Shown in pieces: positions 14,434 to 28,810 of a stretch of DNA of 64,000 nucleotides. The notes beneath the pieces are model-generated. The model did no database searches and was not told where the DNA came from. It saw only the letters and a list, made by a program, of their open reading frames with translations. A program made the translations under genes and the position numbers. Location of the stretch: the NCBI RefSeq assembly GCF_009914755.1, contig NC_060934.1. One strand, given 5' to 3'. This DNA is from the human T2T-CHM13v2.0 reference genome, Homo sapiens. Numbering within the stretch: the stretch's first letter is position 1; each line of letters starts with the position of its first letter.

Positions 14434-17400
14434 TCATAAAAAGGAGGGACCAGCACGCTGCATTGCAGAAGAGGGACAGAAGGGGCGGCTTGGTGCCCTA
14501 TGAAGGTCAGTGAGGGCTGGGGAGGGTGGCCAATCTCAGGACACCTGGCCCAGAGAGGGGTGGAAGAAGAGGGGAGACAGGAGGGCTGAGGGACAGGGAC
14601 TTGGGTGTGACGTGCAGGCTGAGGGAGCAGTGGTGTGGCAGGAGAGAACAGGATACAGGGAGAAGGAGGAGACGGTCAAAGGCATCACCCTGTGGGGGTT
14701 GGGGCTGATGGATCTGGAATAGAAATGGAGGGGCTGCCTCCAACAGAAGGAGGGAAATGTCCTCTTCTGAACCCACGGAAAGGGAAGATGGTCGATTCAG
14801 AAGTGGTTCTAGGCTGGAGCAAACACTCCTGAGGCCTCAGTGAGCTCAGGGGTGAGGGGCTCTGGAGGATGGAGGGTGTAGGGGAGGTGTGGAATCATCT
14901 CTGAGAAGAATTGGAGAGGAAGCAGACCACAGACAACTAATACGGCTGCCACGCCACAGACAGGCTACGTGGTAGGGCTATGCAGCGTGGCGGGAGTCTA
15001 CAGGCTTTCCACCTCCGTCTCCTGCAGCTCCTTTAGGACACAGGATGGTAGGGCTGGTCTAGGCTCAGGGTTTTGCTGGACAGTTTTGGCAGAAGAACAG
15101 GGATATAAGCCCGTGAAGATGCTGAAGGTGTGACCGGGCATGAATGAACTCACCTCTCTACTCCTCCCCTATCCTTCACCCCCCAAATCTAGGAAGGACG
15201 TGAATACAGAAAAAGGCTCATGGGCTTGGAGCTATCTATAGAGATCAGGGAGTGCAGGTGTCAATGGGTTGGCAGGCAGGGGTCATGCAGCTGGAAGAAT
15301 TGTCCCGAGATACCGGAGCATGCAGGAGCAGCTGAGGAGCAACCGCGTGTGAGGATGCTCAGGTGTGGCCAACAGTGTGGGGCTGAAATGCAGCAGAAGT
15401 GAATGTCACCGTGGATGAGGTCCATCCACTACATAGGCTAGGCCGTCTGTCATGTGGGCAGAGAAGTGATCCGGATGACAGTGGGACTGGGGAGCGAGAG
15501 GAAGACGTAGGGCTGAGAGTCTTAGTGGAAAGGTTCCATCAAAGCCCCACCTGGGGAGAGGGGCAGTGATGCTTAGAAAGGAGAATTAATGACTGGGGAG
15601 AAAATCAACCAGGTTGCCCAATGTATGATATGGGCGGGGGCCGGGAGAGCAAGGTGGGGAGGTGCAGAGGACAGCCTATCCCTGGGGCTGCGCATGCTTT
15701 GAAATCTCTGCCACTAGATTCTAAGCAACTTCAGGGTCTTCATCTCTTTTGTCTCCCTCAAAGCACCTACTATAGTGCATTTTTCTGAAGAACTCAAGCA
15801 TTTGATAAATAAGCAAACATATTTTCCACTTTTGTTTCTAATGGAAGGAAATACATTAGCTTACAAATTTAGGCTAATTGGGGGAAAATGGTCTATCTGA
15901 ATTAGCAGGAAGTCTTTAATTAATAGGATCTATTTAAAGAAGCAAGGTCTTATTGCCTTCAAATACCCACAAGAACATTTACTGATCAGATAATTTCCAA
16001 AAGGTTCTTGAAGTCCTGTTTTAATAAATAGAACAAAATATTTCTATTTAGCATCCTATTCGTTTATAGAAAAATGTGTACTACAAAAATGACTGAATCC
16101 ACTGTTATAGCAGGTACACATCTCCCCCCTTGTAATATTATTTATACAGTTAATTTCCATAGCAACCCCTCTTTTCTTGGGTTGTGAAATGCATGTGTCC
16201 AAATTAGCACACATTAGAAAGTCATGGCTCCAAATTAACAAAGTGGATTTGGACTATGCCACATTGAACGATTCCCACGTGTGCGGACAAGCAAGTTTAA
16301 GATAAGCCAAAGGAGGCTGTGGACTCTCTGCTCCCATGTCATGAGGGGGTTCAGATCAGACCTTTCTAGTCCAACCTTGAGCTCAAATATTCTCTCAGTC
16401 ACTAAAAGGGCAGCCGTGTCTGGTTATTTTTTTCCAGTTTCAATGAAAACTTATTTGGTTTCAATAGAAAGAAGCCAAGAAAATCACTGTCTCCTGGGTC
16501 TGTGTCTAAGATCTTTGAAGGGGCAGCAATAGGCTTTTTGAAAAACACCTATACAAATAAGTACTTCCACTGGGCACATTATTGACACCCTAGTTCATGG
16601 ATTACATCTAAACTTAAAAGAGACTTTTAACTAGAATTTACTTACTGAAGACGAAATCCTATTCCCTCCATTATGATAGCAGATGAGGCCTCAAGGACAA
16701 GGCCAAAAGACTGTCATTGCATTGATCTGCAAACAGTCAATATGCTATGTGAATAGAGGTATTGGGGAGACAGAATGCATTTTTGCTACCTGAATCTATA
16801 GCTAAAGGTCAAGCTATTATCCTGGTAACAGTTCCATTAGGAGTAATGATGTGAAAAGAGGTATTGCATTAATGCACTGAGTTTTCTACTATGTTAATAG
16901 TGGGTCATTAAGAATCATAGTCGAATCATTTGCATTCATCTTGAGAATGCAATAGGTTCTAAAAAGAAATCTCCCTCCTTTCCTATTTTAATATATGAAG
17001 AAGCAGCAAGGGCTACTTTTAAACGAGCCCAGATAATCTGAAAAAAGTGAAATAAGATCAACAATTAAACTAAATAAAAGAGCTAAAGCATCTCTTCTGC
17101 TTAGTATAATTTGAGTTCCAAGGCACAGGGCGTATGTTAAGTCACCAGAGAAATGACAAATGCTCAATCTGATCCGTCCATGAATAATGACTTTTCCCAG
17201 ATGCTAGCATTCATTTGAATCCTGCCCTTTAATTGTATATAAATAATGAATCAGCTGCTGGTGGCTGGGCAAACCCTTCCTTCAGAATGCTGCTCCTCAT
17301 GTAATCATCATCAAGTGAAGGCGGCAGCGCGTGGCGTGTCTGACATGCTGAACGCGCCACTCTGCAAACAAGGCGGACTGGCCATGTTCCCCAAACAGTG

Positions 17401-19481
17401 ATCTAGCCACACTGTCGTTCTCCTGAGGGACTTTTAATTTGGGTTTTTCTGGCTGGCTGTGCTGGGAAAAGAAGAATGTGGCATGGACTTTGAAAGGAAG
17501 TCACTGTGTCTAGCAGACACTTTAAGAAGCAGGGGTAGGTGGGAAGAGCTTTCACATCGCTGTGAAATCCTCTAAGAACTCTGGCTGGCAGTCACAGCCC
17601 AGCTTCAGAGTTGATGATTCAGTTTTAACTTGTGATCAAATCAAGGTTTACATCATGCATGGAAATCAAGGTTTACAGCACGCAGAACTGAAAACTGGGT
17701 CCTCATTAGATCTGCCAAACTCCTAGAGCTTGCAAAGGGACAAGGGACAATAGTCTCTGCTGCCAGGTCCCAGGGGACAAGCAGAGGGACCCAACTGGGG
17801 AGCACTTGCAGCCAGGGATGTGCAGAGGGAGAGGGAGTCATGGCAGGCAGCCCGCCCACACATCTGAGTGAGCGGACCACAACCAGGGTCCCTCCCACTC
17901 TCTTTCCTCTTACTGTCTTAGAGCTATCATTTGAGACTCCCCATGTGCGAGGCAGTTTATACACATCTCATTTAATCTCGCAACAACCAGCAGGGTTAGG
18001 TATTGTGATCCTCAGTTACTGATGACAAAATCCAAGTATGGGCAGCTTAAATGACTGGCCTGAGACTGCACATCTAACAGGAGTTATTTTCCACATAAAT
18101 GACTTACGTTTACAGTTGCATTTGAGCACGCAGTGACGGTACAAGAAAAATGGTTGAATGGTAAACAAACAAAGCCATAGCTAAGTGCATCCTCCCATGT
18201 TGAACTTGAGGATGCTGGGTGTTACTTTCAACCTCACAAAACAGAAGCATGGTGGCCAACTGGGGAGAGGAACAGGGCAGGGGCTGGCAGATTACCTGTC
18301 CCCAGGAGGCCAGGTGAGTGTGCGGCAGGGGAGCTGTGCCTGGAAACTGGGCCGTGGGTAGGATGGATTTACACATACTTTGAACTCTGAGATCTGATGA
18401 CTGTGGCTCAAATTTTACCTAGATCTAATAGAGTATATCTTTTCTCCAATAATATTTAGTGCGTCATTCTCCATTTTCAAGGAGAAAGTGGAAACATATA
18501 AATTGTAGGCTTGATATCCATCTATTGTATTAAAATAACCATACCTGTGGCATGTAAAACACTACGAGAGGGTGGGAAAGAGCTAGAATCAAGGCTGGTT
18601 GTTCAGGCAGGGCCTGATGGTCCTCCACATCTTGGTGCAATTGTTCTAGTCTTGGAATGGGTTCTCAGCATGCAGGCTCAGAAATCTGATTTTAGCAGAC
18701 CACTCAGAAAAAATTCAGACCTAAACCCAACCCTACACACAATACTTGGTTGATACATCAACTAGAATGACAACTAAGTAATATGCAATGCAGAGGTGAA
18801 GGATTCTCTTTCTGTATCTGGAACATTTGATGTCATGACCCAGTACTTTACTTGTTGGGGTCAAGGGGCTAGAAATGGGGGACCAACCAAACAGAAGGTT
18901 GACTGTGAACGTGGAGAAAGATCAGGATGTTCACAGGAAACTGCCCACTTCTCGCCCCTGCTGCCCAAATGGGCAGGACTGCTTTGTCCCAGTGCCCTCT
19001 AAGCCACAGCTTGGCTGCAAGATGATGCACCCTTGACCTAAGGGGAGCCAAGCCGCAGATGTGTCGAGTGATGAGCCGGGCCCTCTCCTGTCCTCCTGAG
19101 AATGGCAGGAGATGAAGAAACAAGGGGTTTAGCAAGAGCCAGCGATGCTAAAATGTCACAATGCGAGTAGCATGATGCACCTACTGTGTGCAAACAGAAC
19201 TGTGAGGAGCCAGCAAACAAAAGGAGGAAGTCAGCCGGCAGGGAGGAGAGGATGAAGCAGATGCGCAAAGAGAGGCAGGGACCAGAGACACAGAGACAAG
19301 GCTCATGGAGAGGGATGCAGAGTCCAGGCCTTACAGCAGCCCTGTTCCTGCCCAATTCCACCTGCACCCCACGAGACATCTTTTTCCTAAGGGAACTGAG
19401 TGACATTCCACTCTAGAAACCAAAGAGCCTTCTAGAAGAGAGCATTTTAAACAGGTTGGAGTAAAGCCTTGCTCTCTCTCT

Positions 19482-19590
19482 CTTTTAAAGATGGGGGTCT
19501 CACTATGTTGCCCAGGCTGGCCTTGGACTCCTGGCCTCAAGCAATCCTTCTGCCTCAGCCTCCTGAGTAGCTGGGATGCCCAGCAAGCCT
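19482..19590 (-). mobile_element. Alu monomer fragment (FLAM/AluJ-like)
   Basis: gggtctcactatgttgcccaggctgg...gcctcagcctcc. Confidence 0.75.
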
Positions 19591-20294
19591 GACTCTTCAC
19601 GCGTCCTCAATGGCATATGACCCCCGTGTTTGGATGCCCCTCAGCCTCAGCACACTGAGTGGGCACCACTGGCCTTTGTGCACCCACAAATCTTAGAGGC
19701 ACATCACGGGACACACAGTCACAAGTGATCTCTTGAGATGTGATCTATTTCAGCATATGGTTTTTCTCACGTTTTTGTTGATTCTTATTAAGTGCAACTA
19801 TGGTGAAGATGATGTTCTCTGACACTGTACACAAACTGGGGGGAGGGTTACAAATCTGGGACTTAAACCTCATTGTGACCTTATTACAAAAATAAAATGC
19901 ATTAATTCAAGACATATTTATCCACCACACATAATGTGCCAGGACTATGCTAGGTGTTACTGAACAAATGGTCCCTTGTCCCCAAAAATCCTGCAGTGAA
20001 ATGGAGGATAAAGGCAGTAAGAAGTCAAGGACAGCCCAGAGCAAACCTGCAATTACACACGCCGAGCACCAGGTACACAGCCAAGGGGCACCTCACCCAT
20101 TATTGGGTGGGAGTGGGTAGCGGGGAAAGCTTTCAGATAAAGTGATGGCTGAGCTGAAACCAAAGAAAAAAGTGGAGGTGAGCTGAAGAAAGGAGAAAGA
20201 AGGTGGAGAATGCTCCAGTCACAAGGAAGGGCATGTGCATTCCAAAGGCACAGCCTGCGACTGTCCTGAGGCAGGTGAGGGAAAGGCAGTCTCA

Positions 20295-21059
<765 letters not shown>

Positions 21060-21217
21060 TCAGGAGCTGCAGGGTGAGACACCCCTTGTGGATGGCAATG
21101 GACAGCAAAGTAAGTGTGCTTAAAATGAGCAAGGAAAAATTCAATGCACCAGGAAAATAACAGGCTGATTTCAAAAAGAACCAAATAGAACTTACAGAAA
21201 TTAAACATATAGTATCT

Positions 21218-21571
21218 TGTATTAGTCTGTTCTCATGCTGCTAATAAAGACATACCCGAGACTGGGTAATTTATAAAGGAAAGAGGTTTAATGGACTCAC
21301 AGTTTAACATGGCTGGGGAGGCCTCACAATCACCGTGGAAGGCAAAGGAAGAGCAAAGGCACATTTTACATGGTGGCAAGCAAGAGAGCTTGTGCAGGGG
21401 AACTTCCATTTATAAAACCATCAGATCTTGTGAGACTTACTCACTACCACAAGAACAGTATGGGGGAACCACCCCCATGATTCAGTTATTTCCACCTGGC
21501 CTGCCCTTGATGTGTGGGGATTATTATAATTCAAGGTGAGATTTGGGTGGAGACACAGCCAAACCATATCA
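21218..21571 (-). mobile_element. THE1 (MaLR) solo LTR
   Basis: Minus strand begins TGATATGGTTTGGCTGTGTC and ends GAACAGACTAATACA; ~354 bp. Confidence 0.92.
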
Positions 21572-22157
21572 CAACTGAAACATAAAAACTCAAAGGACAG
21601 GTTAATCAATAAATTAATATCACTGAGTGGAACAGGGAGATAGATCTGGAGAATAACCCAGAGTGTAACATAGACATGAGAGATGGAAATAGAACAGATA
21701 AGGGATACAAAGGACAGAATAAAAGGGTCCAGTAAACACTAATAGATGTTTCAGAGGGAGAGAATTCAAAGAATGAAGGAGAGGAAAGAGAGAGTAGATG
21801 AAAAGTCTTCACAACTGGTGAGTCATGGATCCTTGGTTCTAAGAAGCACAACAATCAAGTATATTAAGAAAAATAAATACATAACTGTAATAAAGAAACC
21901 AAAGAACACCAAAGGCCAAAAGATCCTACAATCAACTAGAGCAAAAAGACAGATGATCTACAGAAGAACAACAGGTTGATCAGACTCCACAACAACTGAA
22001 TCTAGAGAACACTGGAATATCTTCAAATCATGATGAAAAACCATCCTTGATCTACAACAAATCACCCAACTAAACTCCACATCATTCCTTTGTTCCGAGG
22101 AAAATTTCGGAACAAAGACTCGAAGACCCTCAATCAAAGAATTACTAAACACTGTGC

Positions 22158-22292
22158 TTAATCCATTTATGCTGGAGATTGCAAATGTTTTTGTGAAAAA
22201 TCAGACCTTGGTGATGACCATGAACAGCAGAATATAAATAACTCCCACAAGCTTAGCATTCCAATAATGGAACACTAGGCAGAAATGGTTCA
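22158..22292 (-). mobile_element. MER85 (piggyBac/PGBD3-family MITE)
   Basis: TTAA followed by a CCATTTATGC-type TIR, ~135 bp long, internal palindrome ttccaataatggaa; matches the MER85 consensus as I recall it. Confidence 0.85.
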
Positions 22293-24910
22293 GCCCATTT
22301 ATGGGTTAGAAGAACCCATTTCTTCTTCCCATTTATGGGAAGAAGAAAACAACACAGAGGCAAAGAACTGGAGAGGAGAAAGGGGAGGAGGAGTGCAGAG
22401 GGCATGACCTATAAGATCTTAAGAATTATTACAATGCCAGAGTAATGAAAATGATGGCTCAAAGACGAAGGTAGATAAAAGACCAAATGTAAACATGTGT
22501 GAGAGGAGCTCAGACTATGGCAGAGATAGAATTATGAATCAGTCAAAAATGGATGCTGTTAAAATGACTGATCATCCACAGTGAAAAACAATTGAATTAA
22601 ATCTCTACCTCACATTTAGGTAAAAGTAAATTCCAGATGGATTAAAGACCTGATTATAAAAAATAAAACTTTGTTGGAAAAAAAAATAAAAGGATATAAT
22701 TATATCATCTGAGTAGGGAGGATCTTTTAAAATGGGCACAAAAAGGCAAAAAGCATGAAGAGAATCCATCTGCCTGTCAAATCTCAACTTCGGTAAGATA
22801 AAAGACATTGTAGGCAACGTCTTCACAACTGGAAAATAAGGGGTGATACTTGAAATGCATGTCATTGACAAAAAAACTCCAGTAAGTCAGTAAGAGAAGA
22901 ACCATCTAGTGGAAAAACAGGAAAAGGATGGAAATTCACAGAGGAAAAATAACTAAATAATGACAAATAGGAAAGGATGCAGAACTTCATTAGTGATCAG
23001 AGATTCTACCACTGAGCCTCACTTGAGAACCATCAGACTGGTGAAAATTAAAATCTGGTAACAAGAGATCTTGGCAAGAATGCGGGAAAGTGGGATTTCT
23101 TCTACCTTGCTGGCAGATGCATCAATTAATCAGTTTTGAGAGCCACTTGATAATGCCCAGCGAAGCTGAAGACGCTGTTCCTTGTTACTCGGCCGTTCCA
23201 TTGCCTGGTGTGTTCTCTAGAGAAACCCACACATGGGCACCCAGAAACACAGAGATGACGGCTGCCTTGGGTGACAGGGAAAGAGAAAAGCCAGCCTCAC
23301 TGTCTCTTACGAGAAGCCTGGAGGAAGAAAAGGCTTTGTCATGCAGTGGTTAGCAGATGAAATGGCTAAGCTAGGGTTAGAATGTGCTGAGATGGACAAA
23401 TCTTTAAAAAGATGAAAAAGGACATGTGAAACACAGGCAAGTTGCAAAAGTACAGTGTGATGCTGTGGCCACAGATCTGTAAGCAGGACACAAAACAATA
23501 ATGAATAGGATTGACGGGAACACAAGTGGCAAAGTAAGAATGAATGGGAAAGATATACACCAACTCCATTACTCTGGGGCGGGGAAGAGAGAGAATGGAA
23601 GGGAGAGGGAACATCTTGATTCTTAGAGAGGGGATATGAAGTAAATTATTAATAATAGCTGTTTTAAATCTTAGGGGAAGGCAGAGAAAACAAATTCTTG
23701 GCAAATGTCTTTACCACATTCAAGATGAAGAGGAACACTATTATTTCAACGTTTTAACCTAAAGACTACTGTTAATGGGGACAAATGTCGTTCTTCAGTC
23801 TGTGAACAAATCAGAAAATTTCTCCTAGGGCTATGCCACAGAAATGTCAACGCTGACTAGATTTCAATTACACTCCTTACACACACACTCTTTTGGGATA
23901 AGCACCAAAAGCTATCTTTAAAAGGGAGCTGGGAGAAGACTCAGTAATTTGCCTTCGGGGAATAACAGAGAAGACAGCAGTGCATCTCATCCTTCAGGTC
24001 TCAACTGAGACGTGACCTTCCCCGATAAGGCCTACCTGAGTTCGTTAACCAGTGATTTTTTAAAATAACAATGTCCAGTGTTCATCAAGACTGCAAGCTC
24101 AAAGCAAGGGCAGAGATCACGTCTTCCATTCACTGCTGGCACATAATAGGCAGGTATGAATGTATGGTTCATGAAAGAGTAAATCTGAGAAAGTTTTTTC
24201 TCTCGTCTGTTACTTAACTTGAAGGAACTGTAAGAAGCACTTCTTCAGTAAATAGCCAGAGGTCTCATACTGAGCCCTGAAGTTCATTTCAGATTCGGTT
24301 TGACAATCAGAATTTAGCACAGTTCATCAACTAATGCACCTAAAAATGATGCCTTTAAATTAAGGAAATAAAGTATTGCAGACAAGGTATTTACTGATGA
24401 AATGAGAATATCCTACTGAGTTACAGACATGAGACTTTAGCAGGAGCCGGCATGCGGGGCAGTCAGTCATATAAGACACAAAAGTCAAGGATTGCAAAAG
24501 CTGGCCGTGAGGACCATCTCATCTTCGTGCTGACTGCTACTCTATGGGGCTGTTATTTTCAGCTGGCTGATGTAATGAAAAGGGCCCTAGATATCCATAA
24601 AACTGATTCCAAGCCATATTTATCTGGTTCTTTAGGTTTACTTCTGAGAATTTGGAATATAACCTCTGAACCACAGAATCTCTGACCTGGAGGCTTTTAT
24701 TATTATTATTTTAACTGGAGACTTTAAAAGTTAGTCAAGCCACACTTTTTTTTTTCCTAGAGAAAGTGATGGTTCAAGAGCTTGAATGACAGTCAGGAGT
24801 GAATCTACGTCCCACAGTGCTCCCTTTGTTATCCCCACACTGGTGGGACTCTGAGGCTTGAAGAGTCTTGTTGAATCCCAGTGATTCTCACCGATTTGAG
24901 GCCACAGCTA

Positions 24911-24941
24911 TCTCTCTCTCTCTCGTGTGTGTGTGTGTGTG
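24911..24941. repeat. Compound (TC)n(GT)n microsatellite
   Basis: Directly visible. Confidence 0.85.
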
Positions 24942-25317
24942 GTGGCAGGGGTGGGGGGACAGACAACAATATTCTTTGTCTTCCTTCAGTTTTGCTACTA
25001 TGACATTTCTGTCTAAAAGGAAGTGCCAAAAAGTGCTGATAGTGGTTTCTCAAATTAAACAAGGTTAATTTTAATTTCTATCAATTTAAGGAAGCACCCA
25101 TTTATAATACAACTGTTGGGAAACAAGAAGAACTTTCCTTTGGTGAGCTGTGCCATGCCTTTGTTTAACACAGTTGGTATATTTCAATGGTTACGTCGTA
25201 TTTACTAAGTATTAAGATCTGGGTAATAACAAGCTTTAGTGTAATGATGTTTGACCGTTGAATCCATTTTTTTTTTTTTTTAGCAAAGAAAAATGTTTCA
25301 AAATTATGGATTTAATA

Positions 25318-25608
<291 letters not shown>

Positions 25609-26793
25609 TTATGGATTTATAGAAATTCTACTTGGAAGGTGCATTATGTTTCGTATAACTCATTTATTTATTTTATAGAATCGAATGCTGAGGCTCAAGC
25701 AACACAAAATTTAAAAGATTGGGAATCACCAGCTCAGAGGCCTTAGGCAAGTGGCATAAAACACATGCGTTCCCTCCACATGTTACTGGGCTTGACTGTT
25801 CTTTAGATAAATGAATGAGGAAAAAGTCATGCGTTTTTCTCTTTCTAAAGCGAGGGTTTTTCAGTATATGAATTTTCAAAGTCATTCCATGAGGCGCTGA
25901 GTTTACCCCCTCGCCAGGAGGTCTGGAATGAACGCCTCCAGTGCCAGGGTAAATTATAACATAGGCAGGAGGCTCAGGTCAGACCGCAACCCAGAGGTGA
26001 CAGAGGCTGGGAGAAGGAAGGGTGAAGGGCTGGGAAGGCGGGTGCGGGGCAGGGGTCTCACTCATCAGTGGAGATTTATGCACTGTCCCACCGTGGACAC
26101 CGGGGGAAGATGCTGGGGCATCAGGACAGGGCCCATGCCTCAGAGGTAGGATTCAATTTCCTGTTCTTTTTTACACAGTGGCAACTCCCTTCTCATTGGG
26201 ATCAGCTGTAGGAAAATTTGGGGTTCACATTCTGAGGCTGACAGGAGTTCTCAGACTTTTATCTGATCCTCACTCTTTCAGGCACCAAGTTGCTAGGACA
26301 AAGGCTAAAATATACCTGGAGGGGAAGTATACGGATGTGTCAAGAAGTCTTCAGGTAGGAAAACTAGGAAACGGCACATTTAGCCTAACTATGGATTCCG
26401 TTATTAGGTTTATTTAAACCAAAATCCCACAATAAAATGATTACACTTCAACTTTTGAGGATGATTCCTCTCTAGTATGAAAGAAAGCATGACATACTAC
26501 ACTTTCCATGTGGCATACCGTGGAGGTTTCTCTTTGATATTTAACAATGATCAATGCTTTCACAGCCCCATTAAATACAAACTTGGCTTTTTTATTTTAG
26601 ATTACCTTAATGTTTTTGATCGACAAGATTACACTACCCTTAATTCCTATATGCCATTTGATCTGTCTGTGGCTGCTGTTCCTTCTAATCTTCAAATTTA
26701 TATTCTGCCTCCTTGAATTTCAGCTGCCCTTTTCCAACTTGTCACGGAGAAGTTGTGTAGTTATCTTGTTATTCATGCCCTGTACGTATCCAA

Positions 26794-26857
26794 TGTGGGA
26801 GTGCTGTTTTGATTTTTAAGAAACCTGTGGGAGTGCTGTTTTGATTTTTAAGAAACC
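26794..26857. repeat. Perfect 32-bp tandem duplication
   Basis: TGTGGGAGTGCTGTTTTGATTTTTAAGAAACC x2. Confidence 0.95.
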
Positions 26858-28462
26858 ACCTTTTTCAGAGAAGATAAACTGACTGATTTCTTCCTTCCCT
26901 CTTTCCTTCCTTCCTGTATTTATGGATCATTAGTTATGTGAGTGGTGCTGTTTCATGGGACAAGGAATATACAAAGCAAACATAAAACGTGATCTCTGCC
27001 CACAGGAGCTTATAGTCTTGTTGGGAAGACAAGACACCCTAATATAAACAGCATGACCATGTATCCCGATCTGCCCGGGAAGTTCAAGTATAAAGCGCCT
27101 GTTTTCCCAATGAGATAATTAACAGCACCATACTGACCCTCAGGAGTGTCCCAGTGTGCGCAGTAAATGACATGCTCATCCTCCATAGAAGTCATCAATA
27201 GCAAGGCGGAGAGTTAAGATGCCCTGCTAAGCAGTCTAAAGGCAGTAAGTGGTACTGGCACTCAGAGAAAGGGGCAATCAGTACAGGTTAGGGCATCTGA
27301 AAAAGTCTCATGGTACAGGGGATGAGACTTGGGGTAAACCAGGAAGAACAAGTCAGGCTTGTCTATAAAGAGCGGGGAGAGAAGGGCACCACGGCCCTGT
27401 GGAGAACAGCATAACACAGAGTCCACAATGAACGAGTGGTGCTTGAGGAACAGTGTTGCTGGCTCACCCGGGAGGAAGCACCGGGAAATATGTTCACAAG
27501 GAGAGAGAAATTCAAGTTACGGAGTCTTGGAAAAGGCCAGAGTTCGGACTGAATAGGCCAAGGGGAAGTAAGTAGGAAAACGATGTCACGAGATTTGGTT
27601 TTCTGGGTGTTACTAGGCTGTTAGGATACATTAGGAACTGGAAGGAGAAAGGAGGGTTAGGCAGGACATTTCAAGAGTGTTTTTGCAGAATTTCAAGGAC
27701 AGAGTGATGCACAGCTGGACCAGGATGGTGTCAAAGAAGCCAAAGGGCACTGAATGAGAGAGGAGGGACAAAAGGAGTTGATAGGGCCAGGTAATTGAGC
27801 AGGGTGAGTTGCAAAGAAAAAAAGGCATTCAAGGTGTTTCTGAGCTTTCAAACTTGAAGAGTTAGTTGATGCCTCTGCTAAAAATAATGTAGTTGCAAGG
27901 GGGTATCAGGGTTAGGTGGCCCATGCCACCGCCAAGATGACTGCTGTGTGGGTAAGCAGGGCTACCGCTGACTCTTCAGAAAGAGGCCAGCACAGGCCCC
28001 ATGCCCTGCAGGAGACCTGAATATCCTATATATACATCTTGGTCTCCACTGTCCTGCCTTCATTTCTAATTGGGATTTGCCCCCAGGTAGTTGTACCTGG
28101 CTAAGTGGATTCAAAATGGTATCTGCAGTGATCAAGAGGTGTTGAGAGGAAGGTGCTTAAAATAACAAAGATTGGATTTACTCTGTCATCCAAGGGGTAG
28201 GGCTGATAGGAGGATGCTAGGGTCGAGTATAAAAGGGTTTCTGAGAAATACTATGAGCTGACCATGGAGAGGTGTCAAAATCTAACCAAGAGCAGGATGC
28301 AAGAAACATGACTTGGAAACACGGTCCATACAGCAGAAGACTTGACTGCAGGGAGCAGTCAGTGGGAAGACCTGATTAATTCCAAAAAGGAACGCCTCTC
28401 TCTGCTAAGGGTTTTTTACAGATAGGTACAGCCGTGCTTTGCTCTTATACAAAAATGTCTGA

Positions 28463-28810
<348 letters not shown>

